A stretch of DNA of 63,979 bases, filler included, from an uncultured Methanosarcinales archaeon (GCA_964608065.1; 3 parts of 3 records of this genome joined end to end with filler, not necessarily neighbours in it), one strand, 5' to 3'. Shown: positions 30,186 to 40,053, counted from the first letter of the whole stretch. Notes: a model not told the origin generated them from the sequence alone. Numbers and translations are program-made.

Positions 30186-30300
30186 ACGACCATTACCTAA
30201 TTGTTAGTTGAGGAAGTGGCTTCTAAGTTCATACTCTTTTGAGAGTAATCATCCTTAGTTAGGGTTAGTTCATCTGTAGCCCCTGCCTTCTTTATGAAGG
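30182..30300 (-). mobile_element. Degenerate IS200/IS605 (tnpB) right-end / omega-RNA-like remnant
   Basis: Minus strand GGCAGGGGCTAC...ATGAACTTAGAAGCCACTTCC...TAGGTAATGGTCGTTCAC resembles tnpB 3' ends terminating in GTTCAC. Confidence 0.55.
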
Positions 30301-30487
30301 ACTTGTTACTGAGATAGGGTATGCTTTTCTTAGCAAGTTTTATACATAATAAAATGCTTAACCTTTATATATCTTACGTGCACACTTGTCGCGTGTCGCA
30401 TACCCAAAGGATTTCCGACGCTGATAAAAAATTTCCGGGCTGAAAAGCGAAAGTTTTATATATTACTATGTATTACAAAGGAATACA

Positions 30488-30754
30488 ATGCAAGTCGTAA
30501 CTGTAAAATTCCAGGAACCTGTACTCAAAAAAATAGACAAAAGCATAACTGAGCACAATTTTAACTCAAGAACTGAATTCATAAGAGAAGCAGTTAGAGA
30601 TAAACTAGCTGATCTCAGCAAAGAAGGACTAATCAAGGAATTCTTAAAATTTAGAGGCAAGACAAAAAAGAAAACTAGTTACGAAGAAAACAGAAAAACA
30701 AGAAAAATAATAAGCAAAGAACTACTGCAAGAACTGGAAAAAAGATTTAGCTAA
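30488..30754 (+). CDS. Ribbon-helix-helix (CopG/NikR-like) protein
   Basis: VVTVKF..LKKID..FNSRTEFIREAVR. Confidence 0.85.
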   Translation: MQVVTVKFQEPVLKKIDKSITEHNFNSRTEFIREAVRDKLADLSKEGLIKEFLKFRGKTKKKTSYEENRKTRKIISKELLQELEKRFS

Positions 30755-31172
30755 TCTGTTCAGGCCTCACCGCTCTTGAAATATCTGAAAGGCTTTTGAG
30801 ATAATGATCGTCCTGTGAAACAAGTATTGCTCTATAATTTCTTGCATGTATCGCATTTAAGCAGTCAACAAAAGGTAAATCTCTTTCTTGAGCTAACTTT
30901 TTGGCTTCAGAGTATTCTTCTTTAGTAATATTAACATTAATAAGTATCTTATTCAAAAATATAAGGTTCAGCATGTTATTAACCTCATTTTCTTTGTAAT
31001 CTTTTTTCAACTCCCATATCAATGCTTCTGAAAAAATAATCTCATCTTTATTCTTCAAAATTTTAACAAATAGATCGGTGGCATATCTTCCAAGAGGTCT
31101 TCCAGATTTACTAAACCTATTTTCATAAAAATCTCTCCAGATACAAGTATCTAACAAATATTTTCCCACCAT
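30747..31172 (-). CDS. PIN-domain (VapC-like) ribonuclease
   Basis: YLLDTCIW, WEL, FVDCL, LVSQDDH. Confidence 0.85.
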   Translation of the reverse strand: MVGKYLLDTCIWRDFYENRFSKSGRPLGRYATDLFVKILKNKDEIIFSEALIWELKKDYKENEVNNMLNLIFLNKILINVNITKEEYSEAKKLAQERDLPFVDCLNAIHARNYRAILVSQDDHYLKSLSDISRAVRPEQIS

Positions 31173-31410
31173 TCGTCTGAAAGAATTAGATTTCTTTTAT
31201 ATTCGTTCCCCCAAAATTTAGAAAGAATTTCCGGAACAAAAAGCGAAGCAGGCCTCGATAATGCAAAGAAAAAGCCTCGAAAATGAAAACAAAAATAGGA
31301 CTCGGTGTTGGAAAGGAAATAGAGGTTAGGTTTTTAGGTTAGAAGGGCTGTGGTGGTGGAATTTTGATAGTTGGGTCTCGATAATGAAAAATGGTTTCAC
31401 ACAGTTGAGT

Positions 31411-31755
31411 CTATTTTATAAATTTAAGAACTTCTTTATGAATGTTAGAATAAGTTTTGAGCATGTCTTTTCTTAGTTTTTCACCTTCAGGAGTTATATG
31501 GAATACTTTTTTTGCTCCAGTCTTTTTTATTTTTAATAATTTACTCTTTTTTAACTTCATAATTATAGGGTGCAAAGTGCTGCCATTGATAGGAATGTCA
31601 AACTCTCTCAGAAACCAGTTGCTTAACTCTTGCCTGCACATAGGCTCTTTCTTGAGAGAATTTAATATTAGAATGTCAGTTAATGCCAATATTACTCTTT
31701 TGTTGAGTTTTTCTTTATTCGTTTTAATCATTTTGTTATATGGGCATATGTCCAT
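31411..31755 (-). CDS. PadR-family transcriptional regulator
   Basis: DILILNSL..P...EL, GSTLHP, KVFHITPEG. Confidence 0.8.
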   Translation of the reverse strand: MDICPYNKMIKTNKEKLNKRVILALTDILILNSLKKEPMCRQELSNWFLREFDIPINGSTLHPIIMKLKKSKLLKIKKTGAKKVFHITPEGEKLRKDMLKTYSNIHKEVLKFIK

Positions 31756-31851
31756 ATTTAAATATGTTTTGTTTTAAAATTTATTCAAAAATAATTGATT
31801 AAATACATAATGACAGATGATATATTTCAAGAAAATTTAGAACTTTTCTTT

Positions 31852-32115
31852 TCAGTTTATTCTAAGACTTAATAATAGTTTTTTTACTTGCTGATTTTTA
31901 ATATCATAAATTATATTCTTACCTTTTTTCTTATATTTCAGAATCTCTGCTTCTACTAGTATTTTGAGATGTTTTGAAACAGTTGTTTGGTTTTTCTTTA
32001 CTATGAGTGCAAGATTACCGGCACAGTGTTCACGATTACTTAAGAGATGTTTAACTATCTTAAGCCTTGTTTCATCACCTAGAGCTTTGAAAAATTTTAC
32101 TTTATTTTTAACCAT
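31852..32115 (-). CDS. ArsR-family regulator
   Basis: FKALGDETRLKI, QTTVSKHLKIL. Confidence 0.88.
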   Translation of the reverse strand: MVKNKVKFFKALGDETRLKIVKHLLSNREHCAGNLALIVKKNQTTVSKHLKILVEAEILKYKKKGKNIIYDIKNQQVKKLLLSLRIN

Positions 32116-32257
32116 TCATTATAGTTATCGATTCATAGAACTTATAAATTTAGTTTTATTATCGAACTTCGATATTTAATTTGAAATTTTTTGTTTTATG
32201 GAATCAAAAATTTCTTTATTGACTTTAGAATAATTTCCAATTAAAATTTTCCTTAAC

Positions 32258-32358
32258 TTTTCACCTTCAAATGTTATATGGAACACTTTTTTTGTTCCAG
32301 TTTTTTTATTTTTAACAGCTTATTATTTTTTAGTTTCATAAGTACTGGATGCAAAACT
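32258..32358 (-). pseudogene. Degenerate partial duplicate of the PadR gene at 31411-31755
   Basis: TTTTCACCTTCA..GTTATATGGAA.ACTTTTTTTG.TCCAG.. matches ~31478-31578 with indels. Confidence 0.75.
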
Positions 32359-32479
32359 ATTAATCTCTAAAACTTTGAATGTGTTTATTTCTGTTTCACA
32401 AATCGATTTATGAAATAACTATATAAAAAAAGGAAATAAAATAATCTAGATATAACAAAAAATCGGGGGTGAAGTTTTA

Positions 32480-32680
32480 ATGAAAGTTAAAATCATAACA
32501 ATTTTAATAATTTTTTTGTTGCTGTTTCTCATATTTGTATACGCTACTACTTTTAAGAAAGAAATTTCAAAAACAACAGCAGCAATACTAACTCTAGAAT
32601 CTACTAAATCAAATGGAGGACAAGCGCACGTCGGTATATATGTAATTCCTTTAAAGCAAAATATGACTGATAAAATCTAG
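32480..32680 (+). CDS. Small exported/membrane-anchored hypothetical protein
   Basis: GGGGGTGA SD, N-terminal TM. Confidence 0.6.
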   Translation: MKVKIITILIIFLLLFLIFVYATTFKKEISKTTAAILTLESTKSNGGQAHVGIYVIPLKQNMTDKI

Positions 32681-32697
32681 AAATTAACCATCAGGAA

Positions 32698-33054
32698 ATG
32701 AAAGAGAGTTTTAATGGAAGCAAAATCTTTTTTAGTACTACTTTACATCTTTTGAATGTTATAGCCCTCTTGACTATAGCATTACTCTTAATATTCTCAG
32801 ATTCAAATTTGACTGGGAAAGTGTCTTTTGAGACTGGTGTTGACCCTTCAAATGAGACTAAGGCTAATCCTTCAAATAATAAAGTAAGGACTTGGACTAA
32901 AGCAATATGTAATGAAGAAAATTATTGTATTGATATTCTAATAACATGCGAAGGAAGCAAGGTAGTTAATCTAAAACCATTTCCAGAAGGTGTTCATTTT
33001 TCAAAAGAATGGGAAGATTCAAGACCCGAAGCGTTTAGAAGTGTATTGTGTTAG
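32698..33054 (+). CDS. Membrane-anchored hypothetical protein
   Basis: N-terminal TM, LTGKV, TWTKAICNEENYCIDILITC. Confidence 0.65.
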   Translation: MKESFNGSKIFFSTTLHLLNVIALLTIALLLIFSDSNLTGKVSFETGVDPSNETKANPSNNKVRTWTKAICNEENYCIDILITCEGSKVVNLKPFPEGVHFSKEWEDSRPEAFRSVLC

Positions 33055-33124
33055 TATTCAGAGTGGATAGTTGAGAGTTTAAAAATTTCTGTTTCACTTG
33101 TAAGTATTAAAATCGATTAACGAT

Positions 33125-33598
33125 TTGAGAGTGGTATCGGTTTTTAACACAATAATCTTTATATATGACTTTCATCCAATAAAAAAAGGGTTAGGAGTTC
33201 TAGTAAAATATATATTGAATTTAAAAAACGTGGTGCAGAAATTGAAGTTAAATAAAAACAACCATTTAGAGATTCTAAGAAAAAATGTTGTAAAAAGTAT
33301 CATGGATGTATTAATACTACAGATACTTAGAAACAACAAACTTTGCGGCAACGAAATAATAAGCAAACTGAGAGAAGAGTTTGGAGAGGTTAACTACGGC
33401 CATGTATATTCGGCATTGAACACCTTTGTAAAAAAAGGTTTATTGACTTATGAAAACGGAAACGGTAATGGAAATGGAAACGGTAATGGCAACAGAAGAA
33501 TATGCAAACTAACAGAGCAAGGCGATTTGATTAGAAAACAGTTAACGCAAAACTACATCGACATAGACAAACGTGTCAAAATGTGCTTTTATGATTAA
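33125..33598 (+). CDS. PadR-family regulator with (GN)n wing expansion
   Basis: KSIMDVLILQIL..GNEII..YGHVYSAL..KKGLL..KLTEQG; NGNGNGNGNGN repeat. Confidence 0.75.
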   Translation: MRVVSVFNTIIFIYDFHPIKKGLGVLVKYILNLKNVVQKLKLNKNNHLEILRKNVVKSIMDVLILQILRNNKLCGNEIISKLREEFGEVNYGHVYSALNTFVKKGLLTYENGNGNGNGNGNGNRRICKLTEQGDLIRKQLTQNYIDIDKRVKMCFYD

Positions 33599-33648
33599 AA
33601 ATCTCTAAAGGCTAAAGGATTTAAGAATTCGGGGGAAAGGAACTAATA

Positions 33649-33786
33649 ATGGTAAATCAAAGAGAGATGGCACTATCCGAAATTAAAGTATGTAAAGAAA
33701 ATATTGAATTTTATAAAAAGGAAATCCAGCGTATGGAATCCAAGATTAGAACTAAAAAAGCCAGGTCAGAGGAAGGAGTTTTATGA
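33649..33786 (+). CDS. Possible 45-aa coiled-coil peptide
   Basis: MVNQREMALSEIKVCKENIEFYKKEIQRMESKIRTKKARSEEGVL, purine-rich SD. Confidence 0.4.
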   Translation: MVNQREMALSEIKVCKENIEFYKKEIQRMESKIRTKKARSEEGVL

Positions 33787-34248
33787 TCCAATAAGTCTTG
33801 CCAAATAACATCTCTTACAAATAATAAAGCTTTTTCCGGCCAAATAGCAATAAAACAATCACAATTTAATACTTCATCCTAAATATTAAAAATAGCAAAT
33901 AAACTAGGGTCAAGAAGATTAATTCTACTCCGATTATAACATCTATAAAATTTTTCTTATCAACCATATGTTATTGCTGCCTCTTTTTATTTTTAAGGAT
34001 TATCCAAATATCGAAATCCGATACACTATTACTTCTAAAATTTAAATTGGTATCGAAATACGACATTTGAAACGATTGGAGAGTAGTCAAAAAAGTTTAA
34101 ATAATCTTTACGTCTAAATAACATGTGGCGCAAAGTCTTTTATCGAAAGACGAACGAGTTCTCACCTAAATAATATTCCAAAAAGAATAAATTTCATTGT
34201 CTCCACTCACTAAGGATATCCCTCCTAAATTTTTCCGGGGGAGACGAT

Positions 34249-34326
34249 TAAAAAACTCTCGAAAGGTTTGCCTTTAACAAAAAAGATGAACTCTTTAACC
34301 CCAAAGGCAACCTCTTGAGTTTTTAA
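34249..34326 (-). terminator. Long imperfect hairpin downstream of the cdc48 operon
   Basis: TAAAAAACTC..AGG.TTGCCTTT / AAAGGCAACCT..GAGTTTTTA. Confidence 0.5.
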
Positions 34327-34328
34327 CC

Positions 34329-34997
34329 CTATACAGGCGCTGTCAAGTACTTTGCTAATTTTCTTGCTGTGCCTTCTCTGCTTTTTAAGAAAAAGATTTT
34401 TTGATACTCTTCAACCTTCGCTTTCTCTTTAATTTCTTCGACCTTGATATCTTTGTTTAACAATGGGATAATGTTATGGTATGCTCCTATGAAAATGATG
34501 CCATCTTTAACAAGAGTCTTATTTATCATGTTTGCAATAAACTTATCTCTTTCAGCAAGCAGTTTATCCTTAACCATCTTGTAATGCAGAGCGCTTATTA
34601 ATTTCTTCAACTTAGAATCAGAGTTTGCTATCTTCTTGATAATATCTACCTCTTTCATCAGTATTTTCATATCCTCTGTCTTCATTATCCTTGCACTTTT
34701 AGAGACCAGGTATTTTATTATCTGGTAGTTCTTGCTTCCTTTGGCAGCAGCGCTATTGACCACTTTCATGCCAAGCTCGCCATCCGCCAGCAAACCATCC
34801 TGGTAGATCTGAAAACCCTTTGCATTCAAGGATTTGAAATACTTTGATATAGACTCCCAAAACCTGGAAATAGTCTCTTTATGCCTTTCCCAACCTTCTG
34901 TACCAATCATCGCTGAGCCCCTATCTTCTAGATTGGATGCTATACTGCCCATGTCAGCACCGCTATGGATTATTGGGACGTAGATAAGCGTTCTCAT
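34329..34997 (-). CDS. Conserved hypothetical protein ([11 protein letters not shown] type)
   Basis: YVPIIH..DMGS, IYQDGL, GSKNY, KTE, RDKFIA, FIGAYH; coupled to cdc48. Confidence 0.8.
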   Translation of the reverse strand: MRTLIYVPIIHSGADMGSIASNLEDRGSAMIGTEGWERHKETISRFWESISKYFKSLNAKGFQIYQDGLLADGELGMKVVNSAAAKGSKNYQIIKYLVSKSARIMKTEDMKILMKEVDIIKKIANSDSKLKKLISALHYKMVKDKLLAERDKFIANMINKTLVKDGIIFIGAYHNIIPLLNKDIKVEEIKEKAKVEEYQKIFFLKSREGTARKLAKYLTAPV

Positions 34998-37279
34998 AGT
35001 CCCTCCTTCTCGTATTGATCCCTTACTAAATCCTTAGCAATTTCTGCCTCAACTACATCGCCTTGCTTTACTCCAGCTTTTTTCATATCCTCTTCTGTCA
35101 TCTTTGCTATGAGCTTCTGGCCATCAGCGATAATTTTCACAATCTGCTTTTTTCCTTCCCTTTTTTTCTTTACGATAGTCAATGCTTTTTCAAAATGCTT
35201 ACTGGTTATTTTAAATTTCTTGAAATCATTCTGGACAGATTTGGTCTTCTGTATAAACTCTCTAATAGCCAAGTTGGAAGCTACCATGCACAGGGCCGAT
35301 ATGTCAGCACCGCTATAACCCTTGGTTTTCTCAACTAATTTAGCCATGTTAACATTAGCCAAAGGCTTGCCTCTGCAATGTATTTTCAGGATTTCCTGCC
35401 TTGTTTTCTTGTCCGGCAGACCAATTTCTATTATCCTGTCAAACCTTCCAGGCCTTAGCAAAGCAGTATCCATCATGTCTTTTCTATTGGTTGCAGCCAG
35501 AACCAAAACATCCTTCAAATCCTCCACACCATCCATCTCTGTTAATAGCTGAGAAATGATCCTTTCACTGGTCCCGGAGTCTCCACTCCTACTGCCTCTT
35601 TTCGGGGCTATTGAGTCCATCTCGTCAAAGAATAGTATAGTCGGGGCTGCCTGCTTTGCCTTCTTGAATATTTCTCTCAGCCTTTTTTCTGATTCGCCGA
35701 CATACTTTGAGACAAGCTCAGGTCCTTTGATGGATATGAAATTAGTTTCTGATTCGTTGGCAACAGCTTTGGCAAGCAAGGTTTTTCCTGTACCAGGCGG
35801 ACCGGTTAACAGGATGCCTTTAGAAGTTTTTGTATGTGCATAATCATAAAGCAAGGGGTATTTTAGGGGCCATTCAACTGTTTCTATGAGTTCCTGCTTG
35901 GCATCATCCAATCCCCCTATATCAGACCATTTAACATCCGGTATATCAATGCATACTTCCCTCATCGCTGACGGTTCAATGCTTTTCCAGGCTTCATCAA
36001 AGTTAGCCTTTGTCACCTTTAAATTACTTAATACATCCTTAGGGATATCATCATCTATATCAATCTTTAATGCTATCTCCCTCAAAGCATGCATCCCTGC
36101 CTCTTTACATAGAGCAGCCAGGTCAGCTCCTACAAAGCCGTGCGTTTTGCTTGCTAAGTAATCAATGGTCTCATCTTTTTTTTCTAAGGGCATTCCCCTA
36201 GTATGAATCTGAAGAACTTCCTTTCTTCCTTCCTTGTCAGGAACACCTATTTCTATTTCCCTGTCAAACCTTCCGCCTCTCCTTAAAGCTTCATCTAAGA
36301 TGTCTGGCTGGTTTGTGGCTGCGATAACAATTACTTGGCCTCTAGCCTTAATTCCATCCAGCAAAGTCAGCAGTTGTGAGACTACTCTTCGCTCTATCTG
36401 TCTTTCACCGCTCATTTCTCCTCTTTTTGGAGCTATGCTGTCTATCTCATCTATGAATATTATTGATGGAGCTTCTGCTTCTGCTTGTTCAAAAATTTCT
36501 CTCAGGTTAGCCTCGCTGTCGCCATAGTATTTTGTGATTATTTCAGGGCCTTTTATAGAAAAGAAGCTTGCTTCTGATTCGTTGGCAACAGCCTTGGCAA
36601 GCAAGGTTTTTCCTGTTCCTGGAGGACCATGCATTAAAATCCCTTTCGGGGGGTCTATGCCTATCTCTTGGAAAAGCTCAGGATGCCTTAGAGGCAGTTC
36701 TATCATCTCCCTGATAACAGCTGTTTCCTTCCTTAAACCGCCTATATCCTCATAAGTTGTTCCTGTTCCAGTTTCCTCACCTACTGGCTTTTCTTTAAGA
36801 ACGATAGATGTTTCATCTGTTACCATGACAGTCCCTGAAGGGCTGGTACTTGTGATCGTAAATGTTATGGGGTCCCCCAGCATCTCAACCCTTATCTTCT
36901 GTTTCTCTATCACAGGCCTTCCTTTCAATACCTTACTAAGATACTGGCTTCCTTTGATTATCCTGACAGTCTGGTTAGGAGCTATCACTATCTTCTTGGC
37001 AGGTTTAGATTCTATTTTCCTGATAGACACTTTTTCTCCTATGCCTACTCCTGCATTGCTCCTTATATCCCCCTCTATCTTTATGGTCTCAATACTGGAA
37101 TCATCAGGATAATCAGGCCATACGATTGCGCTTGTTGTTTCTTTACCTTCTATTTCTATAATATCACCACTAACAAGGTTTAATTTCTGCATATTCTTGT
37201 TATGCATCCTTGCTATGCTCCTGCCAACATCCCTGTGCCTTGCTTCCACTACAGATAATAGCATCTTTTTCATCTTCAT
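34994..37279 (-). CDS. cdc48: CDC48/VCP family AAA+ ATPase
   Basis: N-domain RDVGRSIAR, two GPPGTGKT domains, [15 protein letters not shown]. Confidence 0.95.
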   Translation of the reverse strand: MKMKKMLLSVVEARHRDVGRSIARMHNKNMQKLNLVSGDIIEIEGKETTSAIVWPDYPDDSSIETIKIEGDIRSNAGVGIGEKVSIRKIESKPAKKIVIAPNQTVRIIKGSQYLSKVLKGRPVIEKQKIRVEMLGDPITFTITSTSPSGTVMVTDETSIVLKEKPVGEETGTGTTYEDIGGLRKETAVIREMIELPLRHPELFQEIGIDPPKGILMHGPPGTGKTLLAKAVANESEASFFSIKGPEIITKYYGDSEANLREIFEQAEAEAPSIIFIDEIDSIAPKRGEMSGERQIERRVVSQLLTLLDGIKARGQVIVIAATNQPDILDEALRRGGRFDREIEIGVPDKEGRKEVLQIHTRGMPLEKKDETIDYLASKTHGFVGADLAALCKEAGMHALREIALKIDIDDDIPKDVLSNLKVTKANFDEAWKSIEPSAMREVCIDIPDVKWSDIGGLDDAKQELIETVEWPLKYPLLYDYAHTKTSKGILLTGPPGTGKTLLAKAVANESETNFISIKGPELVSKYVGESEKRLREIFKKAKQAAPTILFFDEMDSIAPKRGSRSGDSGTSERIISQLLTEMDGVEDLKDVLVLAATNRKDMMDTALLRPGRFDRIIEIGLPDKKTRQEILKIHCRGKPLANVNMAKLVEKTKGYSGADISALCMVASNLAIREFIQKTKSVQNDFKKFKITSKHFEKALTIVKKKREGKKQIVKIIADGQKLIAKMTEEDMKKAGVKQGDVVEAEIAKDLVRDQYEKEGL

Positions 37280-37728
37280 AATTTTCTAAGATTGATCTCT
37301 AAAACTCCATTTTTGTAAGTCCATTTTTTTGTTAATTTAACCTTTGAAGATATATCTAGCTCTTTATAGTATTTTTTGTCTTTTGTGGAAATGATTAATC
37401 TGTTCTTTGCTAATCTTAGTTTTATGTCTTTTTTATCTGTTCCTGGCAGTTCTGCGATTACTTTTAAAAATTTTCCTTCGTCGAACAGGTCTACCATTGG
37501 CTCTTTTTCTTCAGCTTCTGGTCGTATTTCTTTTTTTTGTTCTTTTTTGAAGTCTTGTGATTTTTTAAGATCGCTTACATTGAAATTGCTGCTGACAACG
37601 AACTCTTTTCCCTTTGATGTTTTGAAGTTCTTAGTTCCTTGAAGTTTGGATAGTTCATCTAGCATCGGCATTAGTTTGTCGAGAAATCCGAAATTCAGGT
37701 TTATTCCCTTATCTTTTTCTTTTTTCAT
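37276..37728 (-). CDS. Hsp20/alpha-crystallin protein (GvpH-like)
   Basis: [24 protein letters not shown]. Confidence 0.88.
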   Translation of the reverse strand: MKKEKDKGINLNFGFLDKLMPMLDELSKLQGTKNFKTSKGKEFVVSSNFNVSDLKKSQDFKKEQKKEIRPEAEEKEPMVDLFDEGKFLKVIAELPGTDKKDIKLRLAKNRLIISTKDKKYYKELDISSKVKLTKKWTYKNGVLEINLRKL

Positions 37729-37985
37729 TTTTTCTTCTCCTTGGTCTTTACTTCTTTTATACCTGCTGATTTTATCAGTTCTGTGATATGTTTCGGGAGT
37801 TCTTTACCTTCTATAACTCCCTTGCCTAAGTTGCTGTAGAGTTTAAGTGCTTTTTCCAGCAGGTCTGCTATGTCCCCTTTTTTCCATTCTCCTTGGATCT
37901 GCATGTCTACCAGTTGCGCTTCTCCGAATATTTTTGCGCTGATCTTGGTAGCGATTATCCTTTTCTTTTTTTGTTCTTCAACCAT
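37725..37985 (-). CDS. Hypothetical protein, first gene of hsp20-cdc48 operon
   Basis: ATGA overlap with hsp20; ATG close to TATA box (possibly leaderless). Confidence 0.7.
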   Translation of the reverse strand: MVEEQKKKRIIATKISAKIFGEAQLVDMQIQGEWKKGDIADLLEKALKLYSNLGKGVIEGKELPKHITELIKSAGIKEVKTKEKKK

Positions 37986-38250
37986 TTTAACTAGTTATCT
38001 AGTTAACTATTTAACTATATAAAGCTTTCTGTGTATCGGATTTCGATATAAAACCCGATATGATAAACATCTATATAAGGATCTTTTCATCAAAATAAAA
38101 AAGAGTGCTGTATCAGAAACCAATTTTAATACACAAAACCCCATTAACTTAAAACCGCTATTATACAACTTTTTACTGCTATTTTGAATTCTGATACAGT
38201 CACCCTACCTTAATGTAAAAATAAGTATTGGGAAAATCAAGAAGGTGAAA

Positions 38251-38355
38251 ATGAAAAAGAAGAAATCTGAGAAAAAAGAAAAAACAGAAAAAGAAGAAAA
38301 AGTAAAACCTAAAGGGTTTTTCGCTGAACTCAAAAGAATTTTAACCAAAAAATAG
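38251..38355 (+). CDS. 34-aa charged peptide with amphipathic C-terminus
   Basis: AAGGTGA SD; MKKKKSEKKEKTEKEEKVKPKGFFAELKRILTKK. Confidence 0.5.
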   Translation: MKKKKSEKKEKTEKEEKVKPKGFFAELKRILTKK

Positions 38356-38381
38356 GAAAACCCAGAGTTAAAGAATGAAGG

Positions 38382-38888
38382 CTATAACTTCAATTGAATG
38401 CAAATGCAGTAACTGTAAAAACAAATGGAAAACTTCAGATTCAGAATTACTACATATATGCCCAGAATGTGGGAGCAGATCAATACACATGAGATATTAT
38501 TAAAAAAGATATTCGCATTTTTTAATTTGAAGCAGTGATTTTTGTGTGGATATTGCGATATTGTTCTATTATCTCTTTTCTTGAAAGGTAGAGTTCTCTT
38601 AACGCCTACAAATTTCTTAAGCTTAGAACTGGATCTATCAGCCTTCCTAAACTTCAGCCAAACATAATAATCTTTTATGAACTTACTGGCTTTGAAAAAC
38701 ATGAACAAAATAGCACAGAAACATAGTATAATGGCTATTGTGCTCTTTACGTAAATATTAAGGCTAGACTTCAAAAATATTCCAGCAGCAGGCAAACCAA
38801 ACAACATAGCCCAAGCTAACTGCGAGAAAGTAAGCTCAAAGACCACTTTCTCATTATACTCCAATTGCTGAGGGATTTCGTAAGACAT
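38382..38888 (-). pseudogene. PrgI/VirB3-like conjugation gene N-terminus, truncated
   Basis: MSYEIPQQLEYNEKVVFELTFSQLAWA + 2 TM; C-terminal part looks non-coding. Confidence 0.55.
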
Positions 38889-39402
38889 CTTGAGAAAAAT
38901 CTAGAATTTATATAAAAAATATATTGGATTAGAAATTAAGAAAAGTACCTTCTTTTAGCTGTGATTGTGTAGATTCGTTTTCGAATTCGTACTCGTTTTT
39001 TCTGCGATGATAATGTATGCTCTTTGTCCGAATATGAATTCAGGGTGGTTTTTTTCTTCGGGGGGGGGGGGTCGACTTATCAAGTCTTATGCTAAGTATG
39101 GTTAAGTGAGGGTTTTGTTTCTGAAACTTGTATTTAGCAGCTACACAATGTTTAGCCAAAATTTTGTATGTCTTAGTTGTTTCGTTAGCTTCTTTAGTCA
39201 TTTTATTTGCTCTCCCTAATTTCACAAGATATTGCTAGTAGAAATCTCTCTGCCATTGATTATTATGAATTCACTCTTTTTTTAAATATTTTGTTTTATT
39301 CTGTTAAGTCATAAAAAATGTATTTGGAATCGCTGAGTCATCGGAGACGTTACCTCAAACTCTCTTTTTACCTATGGTTCTCGTTTCTCATAGGTCAAGC
39401 AC

Positions 39403-39600
39403 TTATAACAGATATTTTGCTGCCCTCTTTACCCCTCTTCCTACATCTGAGTTCAATACAGCAAAGGCAGACTTGATTATTGCAAAGATTATCATGAACA
39501 GCATGACTATATTCACTAGCGTAAATGCTGATATCATCACGAGAATCTTGAAATCCTGAAATATTGGTATTTCCAGCAGCATTGAAGCGCATAGTAGTAT
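39403..39600 (-). pseudogene. C-terminal fragment of a membrane protein (possibly conjugation TrbL/VirB6-like)
   Basis: Hydrophobic fragment without a proper start, fused to integrase fragment. Confidence 0.3.
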
Positions 39601-39889
39601 CATGCTTTGTATATGGTGAGAAATTCTCTTTGGCATTTATCACCGCCACGAACTTCTCTATATCTTCCCTTGTCGCCTTGTCCAAGTCTTTGTTGAAATG
39701 TTTGAAGAAGAAACAGAAGAAGCTAAGATACTTCGTGATCCTTGCCTTGCTCATATCATTCAAGAGACAGGCATCACAGAACTTGAACACAAGCTCCTTA
39801 TTCTTCTTGGAAACATTCTTGTTCTCTTCTTTTCTTTTAGTATCTCTTACATATCTTTTATCATAATCATGTATACATATCTTTTTCAT
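39600..39889 (-). pseudogene. Tyrosine integrase N-terminal fragment
   Basis: IHDYDKRY..KNKELVFKF..SKARITKY..DLDKATREDIEKFV..FSPYTKHD; catalytic domain absent. Confidence 0.65.
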
Positions 39890-40053
39890 TTCCAATTCTC
39901 CTAGAAGCAACTTTGGTTTTAAGCTTTGTAGCCCGAAAAGGGCGACAAATGGAGAGTTGAACAGAATATAAAGTGCTCCCGCCGAGCTCAAGTATGAAAT
40001 CTGACATCTCTTACCTATATGTGGAGCTATATAAACCTTTTTAAAATGCAAAA

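Larger units (their letters stand above)
24437..38048. promoter_or_regulatory. Recurring palindromic operator TRTCG-N5-CGAYA (7 copies)
   Basis: 24437-24451, 26295-26309, 27136-27150, 32160-32174, 34009-34023, 34051-34065, 38034-38048; partial 34141-34155. Confidence 0.8.

Noticed and set aside
33454..33493. (GN)n hexamer repeat in PadR gene
   Set aside because: Degenerate in-frame low-complexity loop, not CRISPR or a contingency locus
35063..37112. Series of plus-strand ORFs opposite cdc48 (and similar antisense ORFs opposite other genes)
   Set aside because: Shadow ORFs from codon bias; no motifs or SD sites
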